Below are positions 35,493 through 44,143 of a stretch of DNA of 64,000 nt, one piece after another. The notes beneath the pieces are model-generated. The model searched no databases. It worked only from the letters and a program-made list of their open reading frames with translations, and was not told the DNA's origin. This DNA is from an uncultured Spirochaetales bacterium (GTDB lineage Bacteria > Spirochaetota > Spirochaetia > Sphaerochaetales > Sphaerochaetaceae): the NCBI GenBank assembly GCA_934277975.1, contig CAKQWE010000003.1:12419-76418 (forward strand). Direction: 5' to 3'. Position numbers and translations under genes: made by a program. Within the stretch, counting starts at the first letter, position 1. Every line of letters begins with the position of its first letter.

Positions 35493-36784
35493 CTTCCCTC
35501 TTTGGAACCAAGGGCCAGGGCTGCAAGCTCATCTACGGTGATGCCTTCGATCATTTTCCTTGTGGCTATCTCCTTGGCTGTGAGCCTGTCGCCGTCCTGG
35601 GCTGTGACCACGTATGCTATGCCGTTCTTCTGGGCGTATGCATACTGTTGGCCCATGGATTTTTCGCCCACGTAGCAATCGGTCCTGACTCCGCGGCTTC
35701 TAAGGTCCATTGCGACTTTCTGCGACCAACCGGCGTCCTTGCCTGTGTTGGCCACCATGACATCGGCATATGAGGAGTCCATGACAAGCGGGCTTCCAAG
35801 CTCTTCAAGGGCTGCGATGAGTCTGTCAAGGCCTATGCACGATCCCACGCCGGGAAGGTTCTCCTTCGTATAGAGGCCCGCCAGGTTGTTGTAGCGGCCG
35901 CCTGAGCAGATGGACCCTATCTGGGGCATGTCGAGAAGCAGCGTCTCGTAGACGATTCCCGTGTAGTAGTCGAGCCCTCGCGTGATGGATGTGTCAAGGA
36001 TGAAGTCCCCGTCTATGGCGCACGATTCCATCATGGTGTAGATGGCCTTGAGCCTTTCCATTTCAGGACAGTCGCCGAACATGCCTTCAAGGGTCGAGAG
36101 CGTCTTTCCAAAGTCGTCCTTCTCTATGGATATGAACTTCACTATTCCATCTATTGCCTCTTCCGATAGCCCCTCGTCCCTAAGGCACTGCTTGACGCCT
36201 TCGCTTCCAATCTTGGACAGCTTGTCTATGGCCCTTAGTACCTGAGGGCATGTGGATTCAAGCCCCATGGTGGCTAGGAACCTGTTGAGAAGCCCTCTGT
36301 GGGACACGCTTACCTTGAAGGATCCAACCTTCATCTGGCTCAGGCATGTGTGTATGAGAAGAAGGATCTCGAAGTCGCTTTGGGCGTTGTCCGCCCCCAC
36401 TATGTCGAAGTCGCACTGGATGAATTCGCGGAACCTTCCCTTCTGTGGCTTCTCGCCACGCCATACCTTGCTTATGTGGTACCTTTTGAAAGGGAAGGAG
36501 AGGCTTGCGTAGTTTGCGGATACGTAGCGTGCAAGCGGGACTGTGAGGTCGAACCTCAGGGCTACGTCGCGCCCTCCGTTGTCGGTGAAGCGGAACATCT
36601 GCTTGTCCGTCTCTCCTCCGCCTTTGCCAAGGAGCACCTCCGTGTACTCAAGCGCCGGGGTGTCTATTGGAACGAATCCAAACGACCTGAATATGCCCTG
36701 GACCTTGCCTATGAGCTTTTGTCTTGCTATCTCCTGACCTGGAAGGCTATCCCTGAATCCTTTGAGTACCTTTGGTTCTATCAT
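35489..36784 (-). CDS. hisS: histidine--tRNA ligase
   Basis: MIEPKVLKGFRDSLP, class II motifs (RYHISKVWRGEKPQKGRFREF, GGRYNNL), 431 aa. Confidence 0.9.
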   Translation of the reverse strand: MIEPKVLKGFRDSLPGQEIARQKLIGKVQGIFRSFGFVPIDTPALEYTEVLLGKGGGETDKQMFRFTDNGGRDVALRFDLTVPLARYVSANYASLSFPFKRYHISKVWRGEKPQKGRFREFIQCDFDIVGADNAQSDFEILLLIHTCLSQMKVGSFKVSVSHRGLLNRFLATMGLESTCPQVLRAIDKLSKIGSEGVKQCLRDEGLSEEAIDGIVKFISIEKDDFGKTLSTLEGMFGDCPEMERLKAIYTMMESCAIDGDFILDTSITRGLDYYTGIVYETLLLDMPQIGSICSGGRYNNLAGLYTKENLPGVGSCIGLDRLIAALEELGSPLVMDSSYADVMVANTGKDAGWSQKVAMDLRSRGVRTDCYVGEKSMGQQYAYAQKNGIAYVVTAQDGDRLTAKEIATRKMIEGITVDELAALALGSKEGR

Positions 36785-36985
36785 GTTGTCTCCTGCATTG
36801 TTTGTTTTCCATTCTGCTTTCCATAATGCTTTCCATGCTGTCTCCCCTTAGGGATGCCGGGGCGCTCCCCGGTGTTGTTTTTTTATGGAAAATCTGCATA
36901 ATCAATTATATAGAAAAAAAACGATTGTTCAACGGAGGGGCCTGCAAAACCTTGGAGGCCTTCCAATGGCTGGCGAATACTTGAT

Positions 36986-38137
36986 ATGTTTACTAGATAC
37001 AAGAAGAAGGCCGGCGCACTTGAAGCAGTAGCGAAGGTCTATTCCCAGCAGGAGCATGGGATCGACCCCAGTCTGATCGACAGTGACGCCGTCAGCGTGA
37101 TTGAAAGGCTCGTTTCCAGAGGATACGAGTCGTATATTGTGGGTGGGGCCGTGAGGGACCTTATCCTTGGACGTGTTCCAAAGGACTTCGATGTCGCTAC
37201 GGCGGCGTCCCCTCGCGTCGTTCACAACATGTTTGGGCGTAGGTCCATGATAATAGGGCGTAGGTTCAAGATAGTCCACGTCGTGTTTGGCAAGAAGATA
37301 ATCGAAGTCACCACATTCCGCAGCCTTGAGGACCACGCAGACGACAACGACAATGTCTTTGGCACCATAGAGGAGGACTGCAGACGCCGCGACTATTCCA
37401 TAAACAGCCTGTACTACAATCCATTGGACTGCACGGTGATAGATTTCACCGGTGCAATGGAGGATTTCAGGAAAAAGCGCCTTGTATCCCTCATTCCTCT
37501 CAGCAAGACGTTCATAGAGGATCCCGTGCGTATGGTGCGCGGTGTGAAATACTCCGTGACAACCGGCTTTTCCATGTCGCTTGCCCTTAGGCGTTCCATA
37601 AAGAAGTATGCACCCCTCCTTCAGAATGTGAGCACCTCGCGCATGACGGAGGAGATAAACAAGATACTTTCCTGCGGCATGAGCTCCCCAATCTTCAAGG
37701 CCTTGTATGACTTTGGACTTCTTTCCTACATGCTTCCATGCCTTGCTGTGTATGGCAGGTACCCGCAGCTGTACGAATCCCTCCAGAAGCTTGACACCAA
37801 GGTCAATGAGACGACGGACGATGCACGCCGCAAGAGCCTTCCAAAGGCCATCATGTACCTGTCGCTTGTAAACCCGTTCATAGCCGACAATCCCGATATG
37901 ACCGATGTCCGCGAGGTCTTTCAGGATACTTTGCGCCAGACGAAGGTGTTGCTGAGCCCCATGACCCCTCCTAGGTTCGAACTGGAATCCACCAGCGTCA
38001 TGCACATGCGTATGCGTGGCATAAACGTTCCGAAGGGGTCGGTGAAGGGGAAGAAGCGCAATGGCCCTGGTGGGCAGTCTGGACGCTCTGGGCAGTCTGG
38101 GCGCTCTAGCCGCTCTGGCCAATCTAAAACGGTCTAG
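36986..38137 (+). CDS. pcnB: poly(A) polymerase / tRNA nucleotidyltransferase family protein
   Basis: YIVGGAVRDLILGRVPKDFDVAT and RRDYSINSLYY motifs. The C-terminus is a basic GQSGRS-repeat tail. Confidence 0.8.
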   Translation: MFTRYKKKAGALEAVAKVYSQQEHGIDPSLIDSDAVSVIERLVSRGYESYIVGGAVRDLILGRVPKDFDVATAASPRVVHNMFGRRSMIIGRRFKIVHVVFGKKIIEVTTFRSLEDHADDNDNVFGTIEEDCRRRDYSINSLYYNPLDCTVIDFTGAMEDFRKKRLVSLIPLSKTFIEDPVRMVRGVKYSVTTGFSMSLALRRSIKKYAPLLQNVSTSRMTEEINKILSCGMSSPIFKALYDFGLLSYMLPCLAVYGRYPQLYESLQKLDTKVNETTDDARRKSLPKAIMYLSLVNPFIADNPDMTDVREVFQDTLRQTKVLLSPMTPPRFELESTSVMHMRMRGINVPKGSVKGKKRNGPGGQSGRSGQSGRSSRSGQSKTV

Positions 38138-38149
38138 ATTTGGATGGCC

Positions 38150-39019
38150 CTACCACGCAAGGGCTATCACGGTTGCCTTGTGTATTAGGATTCCACCGTA
38201 TTTTTCAAGGGAATCCGATATGTACTCTTCAAGTTCGAGCCTTGCCTGGATGGAAAGTTTCTGAGGTGTCTTTATGGTTATTTCAAGGTCGTAGCCTTCG
38301 TTTCCCTTCGTGTAGGTGACTTTTTCCACTTTCAGTGTGGTTCCGTATTCGTTCAGGCAGTGGTTGACCATTTGGGTTATGGCCACTTCGCTTATGGAGG
38401 TTGCCTCCTGCTTGCTGAACTCTGGACACACAAGAGTCTTCTCGACTGTCTGGAGCCTTGTCTTGAAAGGTAGGAACGGCAGACGCTTCTTCAGCCCTAC
38501 CAGTATGGAGTCGTAGACTATGGAAGGATAGTTCCTCGTTATCTGAAGAGGGGGGACCGGAATGACATGCTTGCCCTCCGTGTAGCGGATTCGCATTGCC
38601 GTGTCGATCTCCTCCTTTGTGGCTATGTCCTCTATGTGTATTATGGTGCTTGGATCCGGGAGATTTAGCCTTCTTGCTATCTTGACGGCCATTTTGTCCG
38701 ATGTCCCTATTATCAGGATCTTCTTGAACTTTTCGTTCTGAAGTGCTGTGAGTACCTCCTGCAGGTGCTCAGGATCCTGGAACAGGGCCCTCTTGACGGC
38801 TGTGAGGAAGTTGGTCTCCTGCTTTGCGCTCTTTCCTGATATTATCCTGTCGTTTCGTATGAGAAGCCCATCGTCCACTATGAGCGGTATGTGGTATTTG
38901 TCTGCAACCAGCTGCGCCCTGAAGCTCTTTCCCGTGCCGCTGCGGCCTACAAGGGCGTAGACCTTTATGGGGGATGGTTTGAACAAAGCTGCAAGCGATG
39001 GCGTTTTCATGGTTAACAT
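38150..39019 (-). CDS. P-loop NTPase fused to an Asp23/Gls24-like C-terminal domain; function unknown
   Basis: I trimmed the start to the ATG at 39019 (MLTMKTPSL), because the 429 aa track ORF would run through the rnfC start region. Walker A is VGRSGTGKS. The C-terminal ISEVAITQMVNHCLNEY...LEITIKT...LEEYISDSLEKYGGILI is Asp23-like. Confidence 0.55.
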   Translation of the reverse strand: MLTMKTPSLAALFKPSPIKVYALVGRSGTGKSFRAQLVADKYHIPLIVDDGLLIRNDRIISGKSAKQETNFLTAVKRALFQDPEHLQEVLTALQNEKFKKILIIGTSDKMAVKIARRLNLPDPSTIIHIEDIATKEEIDTAMRIRYTEGKHVIPVPPLQITRNYPSIVYDSILVGLKKRLPFLPFKTRLQTVEKTLVCPEFSKQEATSISEVAITQMVNHCLNEYGTTLKVEKVTYTKGNEGYDLEITIKTPQKLSIQARLELEEYISDSLEKYGGILIHKATVIALAW

Positions 39020-39107
39020 TATAGGGAAAGTGATATAGAATGAAAAGGATAGAACAAAAGGGAACCTGCTTTGGACTGCAGGTTCTGAAGAAACCGGAGG
39101 AGTAGAT

Positions 39108-40412
39108 TTGAATCTTTCAACATTTAGGAAGGGGGGAGTGCACCCTCCTGAGAGGAAGGAGTATGCCAACTCCAAGGCTTTGGTGCGCCTGCCCATCCCC
39201 TCTGAGCTTGTTGTTTCCATGTCCCAGCATCTGGGCGCTCCTGCAAAGCCAATCAAGGAGAAGGGCGACCATGTCGAGAAGGGAGAGAAGATAGCACAGG
39301 CGTCGAGCTTCATATCGGCTGACGTCCACAGCCCTGTCTCAGGGACGATAAAGGACATAAGAAAGGCCACTATGGCCAACAGCGTCACCTGCGATGCATT
39401 CGTCATAGAACCTGATTCCCAACAGTCTGAGATGTTCACCAGGAAGATCGACTATCAGGACTACAGCAAGGAGAAGCTCCTTGAGGAGATAAAGGACAAA
39501 GGCATAGTGGGTCTTGGAGGAGCCACGTTCCCCCTTCATGTCAAGATAACGATCCCTGCGGGAAGGAAGGTCGATGCCCTTGTGATAAACGGGGTGGAGT
39601 GCGAACCTTACCTTGCTGCAGACCATAGGCTCATGTTGGAGAGGACCAAGGAGGTCCTTGAGGGCATAATGATCTGCAACAGGATCCTCTGCCCGGCCAG
39701 GACGATAATTGGCATAGAGGAGAACAAGAAGGATGCGGCTTTGGCATTGGAGAAGGAGATTGAGCTCCGGTCCCTTCCAATAGAGGTGCGCCTTCTTAGG
39801 ATGAAGTATCCTCAAGGCGACGAAAAGCAGCTCATAAATGCAACGATAGGGCGGGAGATTCCATCAGGAAAGCTTCCTCTGGATGTTGGAGCTGTGGTCG
39901 TCAACGTTGGAACGACCTATGCCGTATATGAGGCTTTGGCATACGGAAAGCCTTTGTATGAGAGGATTGTGACCGTTTCTGGCGACTGCATTGCACAGCC
40001 GTGCAACGTGATAGCTCCAATTGGAACCAAGGTCAAGGACATCATCGCATTCGCAGGCGGATTCTCGAAGGAGCCTGACAAACTCGTATCCGGCGGCCCA
40101 ATGATGGGATTCGCTTTCTATGACGAGGAGACTCCAATTGCAAAGGGTACGAGCGGAATCCTTGCCATAACGGATGAGAAGGACTATAGGAAGTCCGCAT
40201 GCCTCAACTGCGGGAAATGTGTTGCGGCATGTCCCATTGGGCTTGTTCCAACAAAGCTCTATTCGCTTATAACCCATGCAAGGTTCGAAGAGGCCATGGC
40301 AGACCACCTGATGGACTGCAAGGAATGCGGATGCTGTTCTTTCTCGTGTCCGGCTCATCTTGACCTTGTCCATGCAATGAAGTTTGGAAAGAGAATGGGG
40401 AGGAGGAAATGA
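39108..40412 (+). CDS. rnfC: Rnf electron transport complex subunit C
   Basis: TTG start 6 nt after GGAGGAG. Two CxxCxxCxxxCP ferredoxin motifs (CLNCGKCVAACP, CKECGCCSFSCP) and a GLGGATFP NADH-binding region. Confidence 0.9.
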   Translation: MNLSTFRKGGVHPPERKEYANSKALVRLPIPSELVVSMSQHLGAPAKPIKEKGDHVEKGEKIAQASSFISADVHSPVSGTIKDIRKATMANSVTCDAFVIEPDSQQSEMFTRKIDYQDYSKEKLLEEIKDKGIVGLGGATFPLHVKITIPAGRKVDALVINGVECEPYLAADHRLMLERTKEVLEGIMICNRILCPARTIIGIEENKKDAALALEKEIELRSLPIEVRLLRMKYPQGDEKQLINATIGREIPSGKLPLDVGAVVVNVGTTYAVYEALAYGKPLYERIVTVSGDCIAQPCNVIAPIGTKVKDIIAFAGGFSKEPDKLVSGGPMMGFAFYDEETPIAKGTSGILAITDEKDYRKSACLNCGKCVAACPIGLVPTKLYSLITHARFEEAMADHLMDCKECGCCSFSCPAHLDLVHAMKFGKRMGRRK

Positions 40413-41473
40413 GGACCGTATCTACATCCCCGCACCTTCACAGCGGTGCGGATACACAAAAGATAATGCTCTATGTCGTCTATGCCCTTCTGCCTTCCTG
40501 TGCATGGGGTGTATTCGCATTTGGGTTAAGGGCCGCTTTGGTCCTTGCCGTCGCCTTGGGGGTTGCAGTGCTTACGGAGTACCTTTTGGACCTTGTATCC
40601 AAGGAAAGTACGTTGTGGGACTGCTCGGCGGTAGTCACAGGGCTTTTGGTTGGCATGAACATGCCGCCGGCGATTCCCCTATACATACCCGCAATTGCAT
40701 CGGCCTTCGCCATAGCCATCGTCAAATGGACATTTGGAGGGCTTGGTGCGAACTGGGCCAACCCTGCCATGGCAGGTCGTGTATTCGTGTTCTTTTCGTT
40801 CACGTCCCAGATGAGCACGTTCTCTCTTCCAAGGACGGTCAAGGCCGTCGAGGTGGCAAGCCAGGCATCGCCTCTGTCTCTTGTCAAGACTGTTGCATCG
40901 TCAGGTCAGAGCGTAGGGCTTTCGTCCATTCAGATCCTTGCACAGCAGGGCGTAGCTACGTCGTCGTTTGCCGACAAGGTCCAGGCTGCAACAGGGATAA
41001 GCGCCTACAACATTGATGCGTTCATTGGAAACATCCCGGGGTGCATTGGAGAGGTCTCAAAGTTGCTTCTTGTTCTGGGTGGCGTATACCTTATTGTCAA
41101 GAAAGTCATTACATGGCATATCCCCGTATCGTTCATAGGGTCGTTCGCCGTCCTTACATGGGTGTTCGGCGGTCTTCCTCTTGGTCTTGGGTTCTTCCAT
41201 GGAGAGGTCTTGGCCTCCATTCTTAGGGGAGGTCTCATCCTTGGTGCGTTCTTCATGGCAACGGATATGGTTACATCTCCTGTGACCCACAAGGGCATGG
41301 TCGTCTTTGGCTGCGGCTGTGGAGCCTTCACGTTCCTCTTCAGGACCTTTGGCTCCTTGCCTGAGGCTACGAGCGTTGCCATACTCCTTATGAACATAGT
41401 GACGCCTACGATAGACAGGTACATGAAGCCACGTCTCTTCGGAGAGGTAGGAAAGGGAGGTGCGCAAGGATGA
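40409..41473 (+). CDS. rnfD: Rnf complex subunit D
   Basis: Polytopic membrane protein with the FFMATDMVTSP motif. It shows overlap coupling with rnfC and rnfG. Confidence 0.9.
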   Translation: MRTVSTSPHLHSGADTQKIMLYVVYALLPSCAWGVFAFGLRAALVLAVALGVAVLTEYLLDLVSKESTLWDCSAVVTGLLVGMNMPPAIPLYIPAIASAFAIAIVKWTFGGLGANWANPAMAGRVFVFFSFTSQMSTFSLPRTVKAVEVASQASPLSLVKTVASSGQSVGLSSIQILAQQGVATSSFADKVQAATGISAYNIDAFIGNIPGCIGEVSKLLLVLGGVYLIVKKVITWHIPVSFIGSFAVLTWVFGGLPLGLGFFHGEVLASILRGGLILGAFFMATDMVTSPVTHKGMVVFGCGCGAFTFLFRTFGSLPEATSVAILLMNIVTPTIDRYMKPRLFGEVGKGGAQG

Positions 41474-42030
41474 AAGGATACATAAGGACAGCGGTCGTTC
41501 TTGCCTGCATATGCGCAGTTGCAGCCGTACATCTTGCGGTCGTCAACTCCGTAACCACCCCATACATAGAGGCTTATGAGAGCGAAAAGGTGACAAAGGC
41601 GCTTACTGAGGTCTCCAACGGCCTTTCGATAGGTGAGAAGTCCGTTGTAGAAGAGGGTTGCATCGACTACATGCATCCGTTGTATGAAAACGGAGATCCC
41701 GCCGGTTATATCCTTGGCCTTACTACAAGAGGCTACGGCGGTGACATAACGCTGCTTGCCGGCTACGACGCAGACGGAGCGGTGACGGCAGTCACGATCG
41801 TAAGCGACAGCGAAACCCCTGGTGTTGGAAAGAAGGCCCACAACGATGGGTATATGGACAAATTCATTGGAAAGGGCGGATCCGGTGAGGCTGTGCCTAC
41901 ATCCAAGAGCATGCTCTCTGAGACCGATTCCGCAGCTGTCAGCGGTGCAACGATGACGTTCTCCGGCATTTCGTCTGCACTCAAGGAAGGATCGGACTAC
42001 ATCCGTGCAATGAAGGAGGCTTCAAGATGA
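41470..42030 (+). CDS. rnfG: Rnf complex subunit G (FMN-binding)
   Basis: N-terminal TM helix and SGATMTFSG FMN-attachment motif. Confidence 0.85.
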   Translation: MKGYIRTAVVLACICAVAAVHLAVVNSVTTPYIEAYESEKVTKALTEVSNGLSIGEKSVVEEGCIDYMHPLYENGDPAGYILGLTTRGYGGDITLLAGYDADGAVTAVTIVSDSETPGVGKKAHNDGYMDKFIGKGGSGEAVPTSKSMLSETDSAAVSGATMTFSGISSALKEGSDYIRAMKEASR

Positions 42031-42710
42031 GCGGACATATCAAGGAACTCACCAAAGGACTGTTCAAGGAGAACCCAACCTTCATCATCATGCTTGGCAT
42101 GTGCCCAACCCTTGCCGTAACTACACAGCTTGTGAATGCATTGGGAATGGGGGCCGGCGTTCTCTTCGTACTTCTTTTCAGCAACATATTCATCTCCCTT
42201 TTGAAGAACATGATTCCAAACAGCGTAAGGATTCCGTGCTACGTCGTGGTCATTGCGTCGTTCGTGACGGTTGTTGAGATGGTGTTCCACGCCTTCCTTC
42301 CAAGCGTCTACGAGGCGTTGGGTGTGTACCTTCCACTCATAGTCGTCAACTGCATAATCCTTGGAAGGGCGGAGGCCTTCGCCAGCAAGAATTCAGTGCT
42401 TGACTCGGCGTTGGATGCAATAGGGATGGGGCTTGGCTTCACCATGTCGCTTTCCCTAATCTCCGTGATAAGGGAGGTCCTTGGAGCCGGAACCATAACG
42501 TTCATACCAATAGGAAGCTGGGACGGGGTGATACACATTCCGTTCATGGAAAGCTCTCCTGTAAGGGTCATGACCCTTGCAGCCGGAGCGTTGCTCCTCA
42601 TGGGCTACCTCAAGGCGTTCTTCCAGTGGGTGACAGAGCGGAATGCGACGAAGGCCAAGGCATTGCAGAATCCCGTTCAGCTGTCCATGGAAGAGGAGGT
42701 GACCGAATGA
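42027..42710 (+). CDS. rnfE: Rnf complex subunit E
   Basis: FKENPTFIIMLGMCPTLAVT and LPLIVVNCIILGRAEAFA motifs. Confidence 0.9.
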   Translation: MSGHIKELTKGLFKENPTFIIMLGMCPTLAVTTQLVNALGMGAGVLFVLLFSNIFISLLKNMIPNSVRIPCYVVVIASFVTVVEMVFHAFLPSVYEALGVYLPLIVVNCIILGRAEAFASKNSVLDSALDAIGMGLGFTMSLSLISVIREVLGAGTITFIPIGSWDGVIHIPFMESSPVRVMTLAAGALLLMGYLKAFFQWVTERNATKAKALQNPVQLSMEEEVTE

Positions 42711-43300
42711 GCTACATTGGAATAATCGTAACTTATGTATTCATAAGCAACTTCATACTCGTTCAGTTCATGGGCCTGTGTCCGTTCATTGGAGTTTCCA
42801 AGAACAGCGAAAGCGCCATTGGAATGGGTCTTGCCGTAACGTTCGTAACCGGTGTTGCATCCGTCGTGTGCTGGTGCGTCTACGAGGGGCTTCTTGTTCC
42901 TCTTGGTCTCCAGTATCTCAAGACCATAGCGTTCATACTCGTCATAGCTGCGCTCGTCCAGCTTGTTGAGATGGTCCTCAAGAAGATGAGCCCTGCGTTG
43001 TACAAGGCCCTTGGCATATTCCTTCCCCTTATAACGACGAACTGTGCGGTCTTGGGAATAGCCCTCATAAACGTTGACGAATCGTTCAACCTTCTTGAGT
43101 CCTTTACAGCCGGTGTGTCTGCAGGACTTGGCTTTACGATGGCCATAGTCCTGATGAGCAACATAAGGGAACGCCTTGAGCTCAAGCCTGTCAGAAGGCT
43201 CTTCAAAGGTGTACCAATAGCGTTCATATCTGCAGGTCTCATGGCCCTTGCATTCATGGCGTTCGACAAGACCCTTCTATACAACCTTGGTCTTGTGTGA
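42707..43300 (+). CDS. rnfA: Rnf complex subunit A
   Basis: I chose the start at ATG 42707, which forms an ATGA overlap with the rnfE stop. FILVQFMGLCPFIGVS and LPLITTNCAVLG motifs. Confidence 0.9.
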   Translation: MSYIGIIVTYVFISNFILVQFMGLCPFIGVSKNSESAIGMGLAVTFVTGVASVVCWCVYEGLLVPLGLQYLKTIAFILVIAALVQLVEMVLKKMSPALYKALGIFLPLITTNCAVLGIALINVDESFNLLESFTAGVSAGLGFTMAIVLMSNIRERLELKPVRRLFKGVPIAFISAGLMALAFMAFDKTLLYNLGLV

Positions 43301-43303
43301 TAG

Positions 43304-44113
43304 GTGGATTTTATGACAGCGATTCTTAATGCTTTTTTGATAATAGCCGGTCTTGGCGCAATTCTTGGGCTTGGACTTGCAATAGCGGAGCGCAAGCTTA
43401 CCTCTCCAAAGGACAGCAAGCTTGAGGAGCTTGAAGGCATGATGCCTGGAGCCAACTGCGGAGGATGCGGCTTTGCAGGATGCTCGGCCTATGCCAATGC
43501 CGTGTACCAGGGCAAGGTCCTTCCAGGTCTTTGCGCACCTGGCGGAGAAGAACTTGCAAAGCGCATGGCCCAGGTCCTTGGAGTTGAAGTGAAGATGGCA
43601 CAGAGGAAGGTGGCGTACATATTCTGCAGCGGAGACTGCGAGAGCACTACGAAGGAGTTCGACTACAAGGGGATTCAGGACTGCAACGCCGCTTCCATCC
43701 TATTCAAGGGCGACAATGGATGCAAGTCTGGATGCCTTCATCTTGGTTCCTGCATGTCCGTATGCACCACAGGTGCAATAAAGAGAAGGGAGAACGGAAC
43801 CCTTGAGGTTGACGCCTCATTGTGCCAAGGATGTGGAAGCTGCACCAAAGTGTGTCCAAACGGGGTCATCAAACTCATCCCTGCGGACAGCCAGTACGTT
43901 GTGGCCTGCAACAGCCATGAAAGGGGCGCAAATGTGAGAAAGGTGTGCAAAGTAGGGTGCATTGGATGCAGAATATGCGAAACAAAGTTCCCACAAGCCG
44001 GTTTCACTGTTGACCAGAACCTTGCAACGTTGGATTATGATAAGGCATCCTTGGAAGAGGTTTGCAAAGCGGCCCAGGCCTGTCCTAGGCACATAATCAG
44101 AAAGAGAGTGTAG
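43304..44113 (+). CDS. rnfB: Rnf complex subunit B
   Basis: N-terminal TM helix, CGGCGFAGC cluster, and several 4Fe-4S CxxCxxCxxxCP motifs. Confidence 0.9.
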   Translation: MDFMTAILNAFLIIAGLGAILGLGLAIAERKLTSPKDSKLEELEGMMPGANCGGCGFAGCSAYANAVYQGKVLPGLCAPGGEELAKRMAQVLGVEVKMAQRKVAYIFCSGDCESTTKEFDYKGIQDCNAASILFKGDNGCKSGCLHLGSCMSVCTTGAIKRRENGTLEVDASLCQGCGSCTKVCPNGVIKLIPADSQYVVACNSHERGANVRKVCKVGCIGCRICETKFPQAGFTVDQNLATLDYDKASLEEVCKAAQACPRHIIRKRV

Positions 44114-44143
44114 CCAAATACGGAACACTGAAGGAAGTGGAAG

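Noticed and set aside
36785-36985. T-box leader upstream of hisS.
   Set aside because: On the - strand leader there is no T-box sequence (AATTAGGGTGGTACCGCG-like), no specifier/antiterminator architecture and no terminator with a T-run.
36929-38122. 397 aa ORF antisense to pcnB.
   Set aside because: Same reasoning. The sense strand has clear nucleotidyltransferase motifs, and the antisense product is Arg/His/Leu-rich with no domain signature.
38061-38137. 18 bp tandem-like repeats (gggcagtctggacgctct and variants).
   Set aside because: They lie inside the pcnB coding frame and encode a GQSGRS-type basic tail. This is a low-complexity coding repeat rather than an independent element.
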